NCBI GenBank assembly: GCA_965227515.1
Contig: CBDDFZ010000001.1
Coordinates: 1,152,001 to 1,216,000, forward strand
Origin: Alphaproteobacteria bacterium
Lineage (GTDB): Bacteria; Pseudomonadota; Alphaproteobacteria; CALKHQ01
Direction: 5' to 3'
DNA: 64,000 nucleotides
Shown: one piece after another, positions 19,757 through 28,819 of the stretch
How the letters are laid out: every line of letters starts with the position of its first letter
Position numbering within the stretch: the first letter of the stretch is position 1
Position numbers and translations under genes: made by a program
The notes under the pieces: generated by a model
Seen by the model: only the letters and a program-made list of their open reading frames with translations
Told to the model about the DNA's origin: nothing
Database searches by the model: none

Positions 19757-20677
19757 CTAAAGCACCGCCAGCCCGGTGCGGGCGACCAGGGCCTCCAGCG
19801 CCAGGGTGCCGACCAGGGAGTTGCCGTGCTCGTTCAGCCCCGGCGACCACACCGCGACCGCCATGCCGCGCGGCACCACCGCCAGAATGCCGCCGCCGAC
19901 GCCGCTTTTGCCCGGTAGGCCGACGCGAAAGGCAAACTCGCCGGCGGCGTCGTAATGGCCGCAGGTCAGCATGATGGCGTTGATGCGCCGGGCACGCAGC
20001 GGCGACACGATCTCGGCGCCGGTTGCCGGGTCCTGGCCGCCGTTCGAGAGGTAGAGCCCGGCCCGCGCCAGGTCGCGGCAGCTCATGGCGATGGCGCACT
20101 GGTGGCAATAGACGTCGAGCACGTCGTCGACCGCGTTCTCGATGTTGCCGAACCCCTTCATCACGTTGGCCAGCCCGGCGTTGCGGAACCCGCACGCAAG
20201 CTCCGACTGCGCGACCGTTTCGTCGAACGCGATGTCGGCGTTGCCGGAGACCTGGCGGACCAGGGCGAGCAGGCGCTGCTTGGCCTCGGCCGCGCCGAAT
20301 TCGGATATCGCGATGTCCGTCACCACCAGCGCGCCGGCATTGATGAACGGGTTGCGCGGAATGCCAGCCTCGGCCTCGAGCTGCACGATGGAGTTGAACG
20401 GCGTGCCCGATGGCTCGCGCCCCACCCGCCGCCACACCGCCTCGCCAACCGTGTTCAGGGCCAGCGTCAGCATGAACACCTTGGAGATCGACTGGATCGA
20501 AAACGGCTCGCCGGCGTCGCCCGTGGCATCGCAGGTGCCGTCCCGGTGGGCCAGCGAGATGCCGAACCGGTTCGGGTCGACGGCGGCGAGGGCCGGAATG
20601 TAGTTGGCGACCCGCCCCTTGCCGCGATGGGGTGCGATTTCCTGCGACACTTCTTCGAGTGCGGTGTTCCATTCCAT
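19757..20677 (-). CDS. glsA: Glutaminase
   Basis: [40 protein letters not shown]. Confidence 0.96.
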   Translation of the reverse strand: MEWNTALEEVSQEIAPHRGKGRVANYIPALAAVDPNRFGISLAHRDGTCDATGDAGEPFSIQSISKVFMLTLALNTVGEAVWRRVGREPSGTPFNSIVQLEAEAGIPRNPFINAGALVVTDIAISEFGAAEAKQRLLALVRQVSGNADIAFDETVAQSELACGFRNAGLANVMKGFGNIENAVDDVLDVYCHQCAIAMSCRDLARAGLYLSNGGQDPATGAEIVSPLRARRINAIMLTCGHYDAAGEFAFRVGLPGKSGVGGGILAVVPRGMAVAVWSPGLNEHGNSLVGTLALEALVARTGLAVL

Positions 20678-20785
20678 TCAGCGTGATCCCATTTGCGGTT
20701 GGCCGGCGCCTGCAGTTGCGCTATGCGACCCTTTCCTCGGCCTGCCGACACCTGCCCACGGCATGCCGTTTCAGCGAGACCCAAA

Positions 20786-21535
20786 GTGACCTATTGCCTC
20801 GGACTATATCTCAAGGACGGCCTTGTGCTGGCCTCCGACAGCCGCACCAATGCCGGCGTCGACCACATTGCGCTGGTGCGCAAGATGACCTTTTTCGGTA
20901 CACCCGGCGAGCGCATGCTGGCGCTGCTGTCGGCCGGCAATCTGGCGACCACCCAGGCGGTGGTGACCGTGCTGCAGCAGCGCGACGTATCCGGCGACGG
21001 GCCGTCGCTGGGCAAGGCCGCCACCATGTACGACGCCGCCCAGATCGTTGGCGACACCCTGCGCGAGGTGCTGGCGCGCGACGGCGATAACGTGCGGCCC
21101 TTCGGCGACCCAGGCGCCAGCTTCCTGCTCGGCGGCCAGATCGCGGACCAGTCGCACCAGCTCTATGAGATCTACCAGGCCGGCAACTTCATCGCCGCGT
21201 CGGCGGAGACGCCGTACCTGCAGATCGGTGAGACCAAGTACGGAAAGCCTATTCTGGACCGCGTCATCAGGCACGACAACGACCTGCCCAGCGGGTGCAA
21301 GTGCGCGCTTCTGTCCATGGATGCCACCTTCCGCAGCAACCTGGCGGTCGCGCCGCCGATCGACCTGCTGAGCTACACGGCCGGGTCGCTGGTGCCGGAG
21401 GAGCATCGCCGGCTGGAGGAGGACGAGCCCTATCTGGTGGAGTTGCGGCGCCAGTACAGTCGCAAGCTGATGCGGGTGGTGAATGGGCTGCCGACCCCGC
21501 CCTGGCTGAACGGCAAACCGGGAACGAAAGCATGA
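20786..21535 (+). CDS. Anbu proteasome-type protease (Ntn hydrolase)
   Basis: From GTG 20786: (M)TYCLG...DSRTNAGVD, SAGNLATTQ, QIGETKYGKPILDR, SNLAV.PPID; the catalytic Thr is exposed after Met removal. Confidence 0.92.
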   Translation: MTYCLGLYLKDGLVLASDSRTNAGVDHIALVRKMTFFGTPGERMLALLSAGNLATTQAVVTVLQQRDVSGDGPSLGKAATMYDAAQIVGDTLREVLARDGDNVRPFGDPGASFLLGGQIADQSHQLYEIYQAGNFIAASAETPYLQIGETKYGKPILDRVIRHDNDLPSGCKCALLSMDATFRSNLAVAPPIDLLSYTAGSLVPEEHRRLEEDEPYLVELRRQYSRKLMRVVNGLPTPPWLNGKPGTKA

Positions 21536-22644
21536 GCATGGACGCCGCCACCTCGGCCGCCACGCCGGCTGCGACCGTCACCGCGCTGAACGCACGCGCG
21601 GTGATGGTGCCGATGGCCCGCCCGCTGGTCACCAGCGGCGGCGCGGTGGAGATCGCGCCCCTGGTCCTGGTCGATATCGAGGCGGACGACGGAACCGTCG
21701 GCCACGCCTACGTGCTGACCTACACGCCGCGTGCGCTGGCCGCGACACTGGCGGTGTGTCGCGATCTCGCCGATCTGGTCGTTGGCCAGCCACTGGCGCC
21801 ATTGGCCCTCGACGCCCGGCTCCGGCAGACCTGCAAGCTGGTCGGGACCACGGGCGTGATCGGCATGGCGCTCGCCGGGCTGGACATGGCGGCGTGGGAC
21901 GCGGCGGCGAAATCGGCCGGCCTGCCGCTGGTGCGGCTGCTCGGTGCCACGCCGCGCCCGATCCCGGCCTACAACAGCAACGGGCTGGGCATGATCGGCG
22001 CCACGGCAGCTGTTGACGAGGCCAAGGCGCTCGCCGAGGGGTTTGGCGCCATCAAGGTCCGGCTCGGCTATCCGACCGTCGCTGAGGACCTTGCCGTGGT
22101 CGAAGCCGTTCGTGCGGCGGTCGGTCACGAGATCACGGTGATGTCGGACTACAACCAGTCGCTGACGGTGGCCGAGGCACGCGTGCGGGTGCGGGCGCTG
22201 GCGGATGCCGGCCTCGCCTGGATCGAGGAGCCGACCCGCGCCGACGACTACGCCGGCTACGCCGAGATCAGGAACGTGTCGCCGACACCGATCCAGCTCG
22301 GCGAGAACTACTGGGGCCCGAACGACATGGCGGCGGCCATCGCCGCCGGTGCCGGCGACTATATGATGCCGGACGCGATGCGGATCGGCGGCGTCACCGG
22401 ATGGATGCGCGCCGCCGCCCTGGCCCAGCCGGGCGGCATCCCGCTGTCGAGCCACCTGTTTCCGGAAGTCAGCGTGCACCTGCTGGCCGCCACGCCGACC
22501 AGCCATTGGCTGGAGTATGTCGACTGGGCGGGCCCGATTCTCGCCCAGCCCATGACGCTGACCGACGGCCACGCGCTACCGGGCGTGGCGCCTGGGACGG
22601 GCATCGCCTGGAACGAGGAGGCGGTGGCGCGCTACCTGGTTTGA
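21532..22644 (+). CDS. Enolase-superfamily enzyme, mandelate racemase subgroup
   Basis: GLDMAAWD, KVRLGYP, DYNQ, WIEEP, GEN, MPD, SSHLF, HWLE. Confidence 0.9.
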   Translation: MSMDAATSAATPAATVTALNARAVMVPMARPLVTSGGAVEIAPLVLVDIEADDGTVGHAYVLTYTPRALAATLAVCRDLADLVVGQPLAPLALDARLRQTCKLVGTTGVIGMALAGLDMAAWDAAAKSAGLPLVRLLGATPRPIPAYNSNGLGMIGATAAVDEAKALAEGFGAIKVRLGYPTVAEDLAVVEAVRAAVGHEITVMSDYNQSLTVAEARVRVRALADAGLAWIEEPTRADDYAGYAEIRNVSPTPIQLGENYWGPNDMAAAIAAGAGDYMMPDAMRIGGVTGWMRAAALAQPGGIPLSSHLFPEVSVHLLAATPTSHWLEYVDWAGPILAQPMTLTDGHALPGVAPGTGIAWNEEAVARYLV

Positions 22645-22651
22645 TCTTGCG

Positions 22652-23182
22652 TTATTGCCGGCAGTAGGGCGTGTCGTAGGCGTCGGTCAGGGGCTCGAAG
22701 TCCGCCGGGCAGCCATAGCAGATGTTGCCGACGACGATGGTCGGCTGTTCGGGCGTGGAGGCCGGGCAGCCCTCGGCGAAGTACTTGCCGTAGAACCGTG
22801 CGCGCACCGGCTCGATATCCGCCGGGCTGCCGATTTCCGATGTCTGCGCATCGGGGGCGCACGCACCGTCGACCGTCACCGCCCGGTCGGTGCGGACATA
22901 GCCCGGCGGGCACGCCCAGCACGATCCGCCCAGGTCGTCGGCATAGAAACCCGGGCCGTAGTTGAACTCCCGGAACTCCTCGCAGACCGAGGGGCCGAGC
23001 CGCTCCGCTGCGGCGACCAGGGGTGCCACTGCGTCCGCATCGATGGGGTCGGTCGGCAACGGGTAGGAAATTGCCTGGTCGCGACAACCGGCCAGCACCG
23101 CCAGCACACAGAGCCCCGCCGCCGCGAGCGTGCGGTTGAGTTTCAAGCGGGGGAAGCGCGGCGTGGGGGACAAGACCGTCAT
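22652..23182 (-). CDS. Cysteine-rich lipoprotein
   Basis: Lipobox LAGC; CWACPPGY.RT and CYGCPADF motifs. Confidence 0.75.
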   Translation of the reverse strand: MTVLSPTPRFPRLKLNRTLAAAGLCVLAVLAGCRDQAISYPLPTDPIDADAVAPLVAAAERLGPSVCEEFREFNYGPGFYADDLGGSCWACPPGYVRTDRAVTVDGACAPDAQTSEIGSPADIEPVRARFYGKYFAEGCPASTPEQPTIVVGNICYGCPADFEPLTDAYDTPYCRQ

Positions 23183-23235
23183 GACGCTCTACCCATACGC
23201 CAAATTTGCGTAGGATTGAATTGGCCATGAGGGGC

Positions 23236-24453
23236 ATGGCCGGAAGCCCCGACACCGTAGATCCGAGAAAACGCGTGACCAAACCGCCCGAACATCATCC
23301 TTCACCGCGCCTTGCCACCGTCGCCGCCCAGGCCGGGCAAGCGCTCGATGCGGCCTCCGGCGGCACGGTCGCGCCGCTGCAGCCGTCGACGACCTATGCG
23401 CGCGATGCCGACTACGCGCTGATCAACCCGGCACATGAGTACGGCCGCGACGACAACCCGACGGTCGCGGAGGCGGAGCGGGTGCTGGCGCTGCTGGAGG
23501 GGGCGTCGTCGGCACGCTTGTTCTCTTCCGGCATGGCGGGGATTTCCGCCCTGTTCCGCAGCCTGCCGCCGGGCGGCCACATCGTGGCGCAGGCGCCGAT
23601 CTACTATGGCGCGGTCGATTTCTTGCGCCGGCATGCCGAGCGCACCGGCACGCCGCTGACCCTGTGGGACCCGGCAGGCGGTACGCCGCTGGCCGACACG
23701 CTGCGGCCGGGCGAGACCGTCGCGGTCTGGCTGGAGGTTCCTTCCAACCCGCTGTTGCATGTGGCCGATATCGCCGCGGCGGCGGAGGCGGCGCACGCGG
23801 CCGGTGCCGTGCTGGCAGTGGACAGCACCGTCGCGACGCCGGTGTTCGCGCGTCCCTTGAGCCTGGGTGCCGACATCGTGTTCCACTCCGCCACCAAGTA
23901 CCTGAACGGCCACTCCGACGTGCTGGGCGGCGTGCTGGTCACCAACGACGACGACAGCGCGCTGTGGCGGGCCGTCCGTGACGAGCGCCATGTGAGCGGT
24001 GCGGTGCTGGGCGCGTTCGACGCCTGGCAACTGGTGCGCGGGCTGCGCACGCTGGCGGTGCGGGTGCGCGCGTCGGCGGAGAATGCGATGGCGGTGGCCG
24101 AGGCCGCAGCGGCGCATCCGGCGGTATCTGCGGTGCACTATCCGGGGCTGCCAAGTCATCCGCACCACGCCATCGCGGCGCGCCAGATGACGGGCGGCTT
24201 CGGTGGGCTGATGTCGATTCAGGTGCGCGGGGGACGGGCTGCCGCGCTGCGCGTGGCCGGCGCCATGCGCGTGTTCGTGCGCGCGACCTCGTTGGGCGGG
24301 GTCGAAAGCCTGGTCGAGCATCGCCACTCCATCGAGCCGCCGTCATCCGGCGTGCCCGAGGATTTGCTGCGGCTGTCGGTGGGTATCGAGGATCGCGACG
24401 ACCTGATCGAGGACCTTGTGCAAGCGCTGAATAGTGTTCGCGATGACGGCTGA
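23236..24453 (+). CDS. Cystathionine gamma-synthase/lyase family PLP enzyme
   Basis: YGRDDNPT, FSSGMA, VDSTVATP, HSATKYLNGHSDV, ATSLGGVESL, LRLSVGIED; start uncertain. Confidence 0.92.
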   Translation: MAGSPDTVDPRKRVTKPPEHHPSPRLATVAAQAGQALDAASGGTVAPLQPSTTYARDADYALINPAHEYGRDDNPTVAEAERVLALLEGASSARLFSSGMAGISALFRSLPPGGHIVAQAPIYYGAVDFLRRHAERTGTPLTLWDPAGGTPLADTLRPGETVAVWLEVPSNPLLHVADIAAAAEAAHAAGAVLAVDSTVATPVFARPLSLGADIVFHSATKYLNGHSDVLGGVLVTNDDDSALWRAVRDERHVSGAVLGAFDAWQLVRGLRTLAVRVRASAENAMAVAEAAAAHPAVSAVHYPGLPSHPHHAIAARQMTGGFGGLMSIQVRGGRAAALRVAGAMRVFVRATSLGGVESLVEHRHSIEPPSSGVPEDLLRLSVGIEDRDDLIEDLVQALNSVRDDG

Positions 24454-24655
24454 GCGTTCCGGTTCCGACAAGGCGGCTGCCCGGCGCGCGCGCCAGGCCG
24501 ACGCCCTGCGCGCCAATTTGCGCCGGCGCAAGCAGCAGGCGAAATCCATGGCGCAAAAAGGCGGCGGATCGGGCGGCGGCGGCGGCACGCCCACGGCGCA
24601 GCACGAGGCGCCGCCGAGGCCTGTCCGCGACGAAGACGACCGATCCGATTGGTGA
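24443..24655 (+). CDS. Small basic conserved hypothetical protein
   Basis: RQADALRANLRRRKQQ matches a small alphaproteobacterial ALRxNLxRRKxQ family; overlaps the upstream stop. Confidence 0.7.
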   Translation: MTAERSGSDKAAARRARQADALRANLRRRKQQAKSMAQKGGGSGGGGGTPTAQHEAPPRPVRDEDDRSDW

Positions 24656-24723
24656 CGTCATTCAGGTGTCCTATATGTGGAGTATGAATGCGCGTCTCGC
24701 GCACGGTCGAGGAGATGCTGAGG

Positions 24724-25272
24724 ATGCTTGAGCTGATAGGTCGGCGAGGTCGTGCCCTGGCGGTGCTGGTGGTTGGGACCGTCCTTGGCCTCGCGACCGC
24801 GGCGCCGTCGTTTGCCCAGGGCGATGTGTCGCCGTTCTTTGGCCGGTGGGCCATAGATGGCGAGACGATGCCGGCGGATGCCGTCGATCTGTTCGGTGCC
24901 GATGTGTCCGAATTCGCCATCACGTTGGAAGACGACGGCGACGGCTTCGAGGCCGACGCCGTGTTGCCGGTGTTCGACGACGGTGCCCACGAAATGGACG
25001 AGGTCGACGCCGAGTTCGAGCCGGCCAGCCGGCCCGGTCTCTACCAGCCCGAGGAGGTCGGCGACCCGCTGGACGACGAGCCGCTGATCTGGGCCGCGGT
25101 CGGCGACGCCAGCCTGGTCATCGGCCGGCTTGGGTTCGATGACGACAGCGGCCTGCATCAGGTGCTGACGGTTACCATGCTGCGCGACGGCGACACCATG
25201 ACCGTGCGCGTGGAGAGCCTGGTCGGCGATGCACCGCCAATCGTGATGACCGCCACCCTGGCACGGAGGTAG
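24724..25272 (+). CDS. Secreted acidic hypothetical protein (paralog 1)
   Basis: Signal peptide SFA-Q; PFFGRW, GDPLDDEPLIWA; GAGGAG RBS. Confidence 0.78.
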   Translation: MLELIGRRGRALAVLVVGTVLGLATAAPSFAQGDVSPFFGRWAIDGETMPADAVDLFGADVSEFAITLEDDGDGFEADAVLPVFDDGAHEMDEVDAEFEPASRPGLYQPEEVGDPLDDEPLIWAAVGDASLVIGRLGFDDDSGLHQVLTVTMLRDGDTMTVRVESLVGDAPPIVMTATLARR

Positions 25273-25274
25273 CG

Positions 25275-25877
25275 ATGCAGGCTTTTCACAAGCTGTTGGG
25301 GGCCGCCGTATGCGGCATCGCGGCGTTCGGTCTCGCAATGGGGGGCGTGGCGGGAGCCGCCGTGGCCGCCGACCCGGGCCCATTCATGGGCGTCTATGTC
25401 GGCCAGGCGCAGGTCACGCTGGGCGGCCCTGACGAGGGCGTGGAAGTGCGCGACCTCGACGTGATCATCCAGCCCATCGACGATGGCTTTCGGATCGATT
25501 CGGTCACGGTCAATCACGAGGGCGACCGCTTGTCGCCAGACGTGCGCCGCCGCAGCGCCAGCATGAGTTTCGTCGAGAGCGATGTCGACGACGTGTTCAT
25601 GCGCGATTTCGAGCTGGACATGTTCTCCAACACCCAGGACCAGAACCCGCTTGCCGGCGACCCGGTGCAGTGGGCGCGGATCGAGGGCGACGCCCTGCTC
25701 GTCTACTCGTTCGTGATCGACGATGACGGCAGCTATGTTCTGTCGACCTATCGCCGGACCCTGACCAACGGCGGCATGAGCCTCTACTTCAGCTACACCG
25801 TGAACGGTGAGATCGTGCGCGAGGTGGAGGGCGACCTGATCAAGGTCGATAACGTGGTCGACGACATCAATCCGTAG
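25275..25877 (+). CDS. Secreted acidic hypothetical protein (paralog 2)
   Basis: Signal peptide; PFMGVYVG, NPLAGDPVQWARI, YRRTLT; GGAGG RBS. Confidence 0.82.
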   Translation: MQAFHKLLGAAVCGIAAFGLAMGGVAGAAVAADPGPFMGVYVGQAQVTLGGPDEGVEVRDLDVIIQPIDDGFRIDSVTVNHEGDRLSPDVRRRSASMSFVESDVDDVFMRDFELDMFSNTQDQNPLAGDPVQWARIEGDALLVYSFVIDDDGSYVLSTYRRTLTNGGMSLYFSYTVNGEIVREVEGDLIKVDNVVDDINP

Positions 25878-25899
25878 ATCTGTATCGGCTGGCGCTGAA

Positions 25900-25985
25900 G
25901 TCTGCGCCAGCCCTCTCCCCCACCCGGCCACCCAGAAAGCATACTGTCGTTGGGCGGCCGGGTGGGCGAGAGGGCCGGTGCCGGC
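25900..25985. repeat. Palindromic repeat family A, copy 3
   Basis: GCGCCAGCCCTCTCCCCCACCCGGCCACCCA-gaaagcatactgtcgt-TGGGCGGCCGGGTGGGCGAGAGGGCCGGTGC between convergent genes. Confidence 0.95.
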
Positions 25986-27257
25986 TTAATCAGTCGTACG
26001 AGTGTTTTCTACCACGCGGCGCAGCTCTGCCAGGCAGGCCTCACGGCCGGGGCGGAAGCCCTCGCCGCGCCACCAGGCGATCACCTGCCGCAGCACGTCG
26101 CCGACCGCCGGCCCGGGCGCGGCACCCAGTGCCAGCACATCGCGCCCGGCGAGCGGGAACGCCGGGATCGGCAGGGCCGCGAGATCGTCGGCCAGCCTTG
26201 CCCAGCCGTCCGCCAGGTCCCCATCGGATGCCGACCGGGCGACCAGGCACTGGGCCAACGCGCCGCCCCGGCCCAGGTCGAGCAGTGCTGCCTGCCGCGC
26301 TGCCTTGTCGGCCTCAGGCGCAATGCCGGGGTGGCATCCGTCTCGCCCGGCAATGGCGGCCAGATAGAGGTCGTGCTCGGCCCGTGACAGGCGCAGGCGT
26401 TCGGCGATATGCGCGGCACCGGCGGAGGTCAGCAGCGCCAGCAGCACGACGGACGGCGCGGTCGCGCCCACCTCTTCGGCCAATGCGCGCGCAGCCTCGG
26501 CACCGGGGCCGGTGACGACGGCATGGCCGCGGGCAAAGCCCGCATGATCGTCCAGGCCCGGTGCGATATGGGCCAATATGCCATCCGCGATCATGTCGCC
26601 GACCGCCTCCACCGCGCGCGCCTGCGGCAAGGTGCGCAGGATTTCGGTGCGGATGCGTTCGCCGGCCAAACGATCCAGTCCGTGCACCAGCGCCTTGCAG
26701 GCAGCGCGCGCCGGTGCATCCAACGGCGGGGTGCCGTAGCCCGCATAGAAGCGGAAGAACCGCAACAGACGCAGATAGTCTTCCTTGATGCGGGTTGCCG
26801 GGTCGCCGACGAAGCGCACCCGTCCGGCCTTGAGGTCGGCGGCGCCGTCGAACGGATCGAACACCTCTCCGTGGCGGTCGCAATAGAGCGCGTTGATCGT
26901 CAGGTCGCGGCGGGCGGCGTCCTGGCGCCAGTCGTCGGTGAAGGCGATTGTCGCGCGACGCCCGTCGGTGTCGACGTCGCGGCGCAGGGTCGTGATCTCG
27001 ATCCGCTGCCGGCTGGCGACTGCGGTGACCGTGCCGTGGTCGATGCCCGTGGGTATGGCCCGGATGCCGGCATCCGCCAGCAGGGTCATCACCTTGTCCG
27101 GCTGCAAGGTGGTCGCGAGGTCGACATCGGTGACCGGCCGCCCGGCCAGCGTGTCGCGCACGCAGCCGCCGACGAACCGCACCGCACCGCTGGGCAGGGC
27201 GTCAAGGACGCGCTGAACGGCGGGCCCGTTCATCCATTCGCCTGCAATCTTCAGCAT
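25986..27257 (-). CDS. cca: CCA tRNA nucleotidyltransferase
   Basis: VGGCVRD, DVDLAT, GIDHGTV, EITTLRRD, DAARRDLTINA, RIKEDYLRLLRFFRF. Confidence 0.95.
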   Translation of the reverse strand: MLKIAGEWMNGPAVQRVLDALPSGAVRFVGGCVRDTLAGRPVTDVDLATTLQPDKVMTLLADAGIRAIPTGIDHGTVTAVASRQRIEITTLRRDVDTDGRRATIAFTDDWRQDAARRDLTINALYCDRHGEVFDPFDGAADLKAGRVRFVGDPATRIKEDYLRLLRFFRFYAGYGTPPLDAPARAACKALVHGLDRLAGERIRTEILRTLPQARAVEAVGDMIADGILAHIAPGLDDHAGFARGHAVVTGPGAEAARALAEEVGATAPSVVLLALLTSAGAAHIAERLRLSRAEHDLYLAAIAGRDGCHPGIAPEADKAARQAALLDLGRGGALAQCLVARSASDGDLADGWARLADDLAALPIPAFPLAGRDVLALGAAPGPAVGDVLRQVIAWWRGEGFRPGREACLAELRRVVENTRTTD

Positions 27258-27381
27258 CTTCCGTTACCGCGTGCCCCGGGCATGACATCGGTTATGCCAG
27301 AGCCTATGGTGCGGCCGCATCACGAAAGGGCGTTGGGGCACCCGTCGCCGCCATGTGGGAACAACAATCGGAAGGCATATC

Positions 27382-27813
27382 GTGACGGAACTGCGCACTG
27401 CGCTCGATCAGTTTTCGCGAGCGGTTGCATCGGACGATCCCAAGAAACGTGCCGAGGCGGCGGACGATCTGGGGGATGTGATCGAGGAGGCCGACTTCGG
27501 GCGGAACGAGGCCGAATCCGCCGCCGCCATGTTGCTGGAGATCGCGTACCACGACGGAGACGACGTGGCGCGGGAGGCGCTGCTCAATACGTTGTGCATG
27601 CTGGTGGCGCGCTATCCGGCGCTTTCCCTGCGCTGGGAATTGCTGACCGAGTTGCTGGACACGATTGACGCCACTTTGGTGCCATATGTGCTGGAGGCGC
27701 TGTCCTGGGCCAAGGATCGCCGCTTGCGCCCGGTCTTCGAACGCTACATCGATCACCCGGACCTGCAGGCGCGCGACGCCGCCGTCCAGGGGCTGCAATT
27801 CATCGACTCCTGA
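27382..27813 (+). CDS. HEAT-repeat-like helical protein
   Basis: D.KKRAEAADDLG, AREALLNTL, YVLEALSW, HPDLQARDAAVQGL; GGAAGG RBS before GTG 27382. Confidence 0.7.
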   Translation: MTELRTALDQFSRAVASDDPKKRAEAADDLGDVIEEADFGRNEAESAAAMLLEIAYHDGDDVAREALLNTLCMLVARYPALSLRWELLTELLDTIDATLVPYVLEALSWAKDRRLRPVFERYIDHPDLQARDAAVQGLQFIDS

Positions 27814-27848
27814 CCCGTCGGACGCAGGCCCGGCGCCCGCGCTGTCGC

Positions 27849-28175
27849 CTACTCGAAGCGCCCCGGCTGCAATTCGCCGTCGATCAGTTGCGTCGGCACG
27901 TACTGGCTGCCGGGCGGGTTGCGCTCGAACTCGGCCACCAGCAACAGCACGGCCGCCATCAGAACCAGCCCGACGCCGCCCAGCACCAGCCACGGTGCCC
28001 GGTCGATCAGGCCCTTGGCGGTGCCTTGACCTGTGTTGTCTTGGCCCGTGTTGTCCTGACTGGTGTTGTCCTGACCGGTGGCGCCGGTGCGGCGGAGTGT
28101 CAGCCAGCGATAGCCCAGGTAGAGCACGGTGGGTGCCAGCAGGGGCAGCACGACGGTGAGCAGGATCCGTATCAT
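27849..28175 (-). CDS. DUF6111-like small membrane protein
   Basis: MIRILL.VVLPLLAP..LY...PW..L...YVP..L.DGEL.PG.F; usual position between NUDIX and cca. Confidence 0.8.
   Translation of the reverse strand: MIRILLTVVLPLLAPTVLYLGYRWLTLRRTGATGQDNTSQDNTGQDNTGQGTAKGLIDRAPWLVLGGVGLVLMAAVLLLVAEFERNPPGSQYVPTQLIDGELQPGRFE
28023..28079 (-). repeat. In-frame 15-bp tandem repeat (~3.8 copies) encoding TGQDN
   Basis: accggtcaggacaac accagtcaggacaac acgggccaagacaac acaggtcaaggc. Confidence 0.9.
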
Positions 28176-28819
28176 GAGGCCGGCACCTCGGTGTCGTCAC
28201 CGTGCAGGTGCCGCGCCAGGCTGGCCAGCATGCCGGCGGTGGCGCCCCAGATGACATGGCGCCGGTACGGCACTTCGTAGAACGTGCGCTTGCGCCCGGC
28301 GATGGTGCGCGCCGCCCGCCGGAAATTGGCCGGGTCGGTAACGTGGGCCAGCGGCGCCTCGAACACGTCGGCCACTTCCTCGGCACACAGATTGAGTGCG
28401 GGCAGGACGCGGATCAGCCCGACGACGGGGGTGACCAGGAAGCCGGTACCGGTGACATATTGCGGCAGCCGCCCGAGGACGCGGATGTGGTCGCGGCTCA
28501 CCCCGATCTCCTCCTCGGTCTCGCGCAGCGCGGCGTCGACCGGGTGCGGGTCGTCGGCGTCGATGGCGCCGCCGGGAAAGCTGATCTGGCCGGCATGCAT
28601 GCGCAGGTCGGCGCTGCGGATGGTGAACAGCACGGTCAGGTCGGGTGTGCGTTCGACGATCGGCACCAGCACCGCCGCCGGCCGCAACGCATCGACAGGC
28701 GTGTTCGGATTGGCGCCCATGCCAGGGTTGAGGTCGGCATCGCCGATGGCCGCCAGGTCGCCCAGGTCGGCGCCTTCGCTGAACGCCGCCGTCAGGCTGG
28801 AGCGTGTGATCAACGTCAT
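28172..28819 (-). CDS. CoA pyrophosphatase (NUDIX, NudL-like)
   Basis: PAAVLVP, HAGQISFPGG, AALRETEEEIG, IWGATAGML. Confidence 0.94.
   Translation of the reverse strand: MTLITRSSLTAAFSEGADLGDLAAIGDADLNPGMGANPNTPVDALRPAAVLVPIVERTPDLTVLFTIRSADLRMHAGQISFPGGAIDADDPHPVDAALRETEEEIGVSRDHIRVLGRLPQYVTGTGFLVTPVVGLIRVLPALNLCAEEVADVFEAPLAHVTDPANFRRAARTIAGRKRTFYEVPYRRHVIWGATAGMLASLARHLHGDDTEVPAS

Noticed and set aside
27826-27855. PAPALSPTRS peptide in ORF 27665-28159 suggesting another repeat copy
   Set aside because: The DNA (gcccggcgcccgcgctgtcgcctactcg) does not match the repeat and has no second arm; coincidental.
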